Shown one piece after another: positions 63,356 through 64,000 of a DNA stretch of 64,000 bases. A model generated the notes under the pieces. It was not told the DNA's origin and did not search any database. It was given only the letters and a program-made list of their open reading frames with translations. Numbering within the stretch: the first letter of the stretch is position 1; each line of letters starts with the position of its first letter. A program made the translations under genes and the position numbers. The DNA is taken from assembly GCF_009914755.1 (NCBI RefSeq), contig NC_060947.1; one strand, 5' to 3'. The stretch is from the human T2T-CHM13v2.0 reference genome, Homo sapiens.

Positions 63356-63858
63356 TGTGGTACGCTAAAAATATGGTTCCCCAAATCATATCCAACTTCT
63401 AATCCCTGGAACCTGTGAATGGTGTCTTATATTGTGCCAAAAAAAAGTGTCCTCACAGTTTTGATTAAGTTAAGAATCTTGAGATTATCCTGGATTATCT
63501 AGGTGGATCCTAAACACTGTCATGTATCCCTAGAAGAGAGAGGCAGAGAAAGAGTTCAGATACAGACAGAAAGAGGAGAAGAAACACATAAAGAAGAGAA
63601 GGCAATGTGAAGACAGAGTAGAGAGAAATTGGAAGGTTCTGGCCTTGAAGATTGGAGTCATGTGGTCACAAACCAAGAAATGCCAGCAGCCACCAAAGGC
63701 TGGAAGAATCAAAGAATGAATTCCCCTTGAGAACTTCCAGAGATAGTATAACGCTGCTGACATATTTTGGCTCAATTACACTGATTTTATACTTCTGGCC
63801 TCCAGGACGATGAAATAACAAATTTCTTTTAGAATAAACCCTGTTTGGAAATATTACA
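63356..63858 (+). mobile_element. MLT1D/C-like LTR
   Basis: 'ctaatccctggaacctgtgaat...gagattatcctggattatctaggtgg...ggccttgaagattgga'. Confidence 0.85.
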
Positions 63859-63874
63859 TTATCCTTTCATTTAT

Positions 63875-64000
63875 AACACAGAAAACAAATTTGAGGAGCT
63901 TGGCATGTAAGGTACTTATTAAAGAGTACTTTGGGGATCAACACCTGTGGAATGGAGGGGAAGGAAATGGGGATGTTCAGAGGGAGAAGTCACACTGTGA
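63875..64000 (-). mobile_element. LTR33-like ERVL LTR fragment, runs off the window end
   Basis: 'gggatcaacacctgtgga...cagagggagaagt'. Confidence 0.55.

Overview
Primate, very probably human, genomic DNA. It is AT-rich and made almost entirely of nested interspersed repeats: L1PA/L1PB/L1M LINEs, Alu, MIR, L2, MaLR and ERVL/ERV1 LTR elements, and one hAT MITE. I found no credible host protein-coding exon, RNA gene or CpG-island promoter. Nearly every ORF in the track is a decayed L1, ERV or MaLR fragment, an antisense Alu frame or a simple repeat. Main landmarks: a full-length but disabled L1PA5-type element (15746-21890), a twin-primed L1PA2-type insertion inside a THE1 LTR, a class III ERV remnant with a tRNA-Ser-like primer-binding site (PBS), an MLT2F/ERVL provirus and an MST provirus. 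I see no evidence of a new multi-gene system. The interesting signals are small retrotransposition and repair footprints: a probable L1 3' transduction, an open and extended ORF0, a 62-bp templated copy inside a TA-rich tract, a MER21-L1 chimeric retrocopy with target-site duplications (TSDs), fold-back hairpins and a probable ancient local duplication. Subfamily names come from my recollection of consensus sequences, not from a search, and the boundaries of old elements are approximate.
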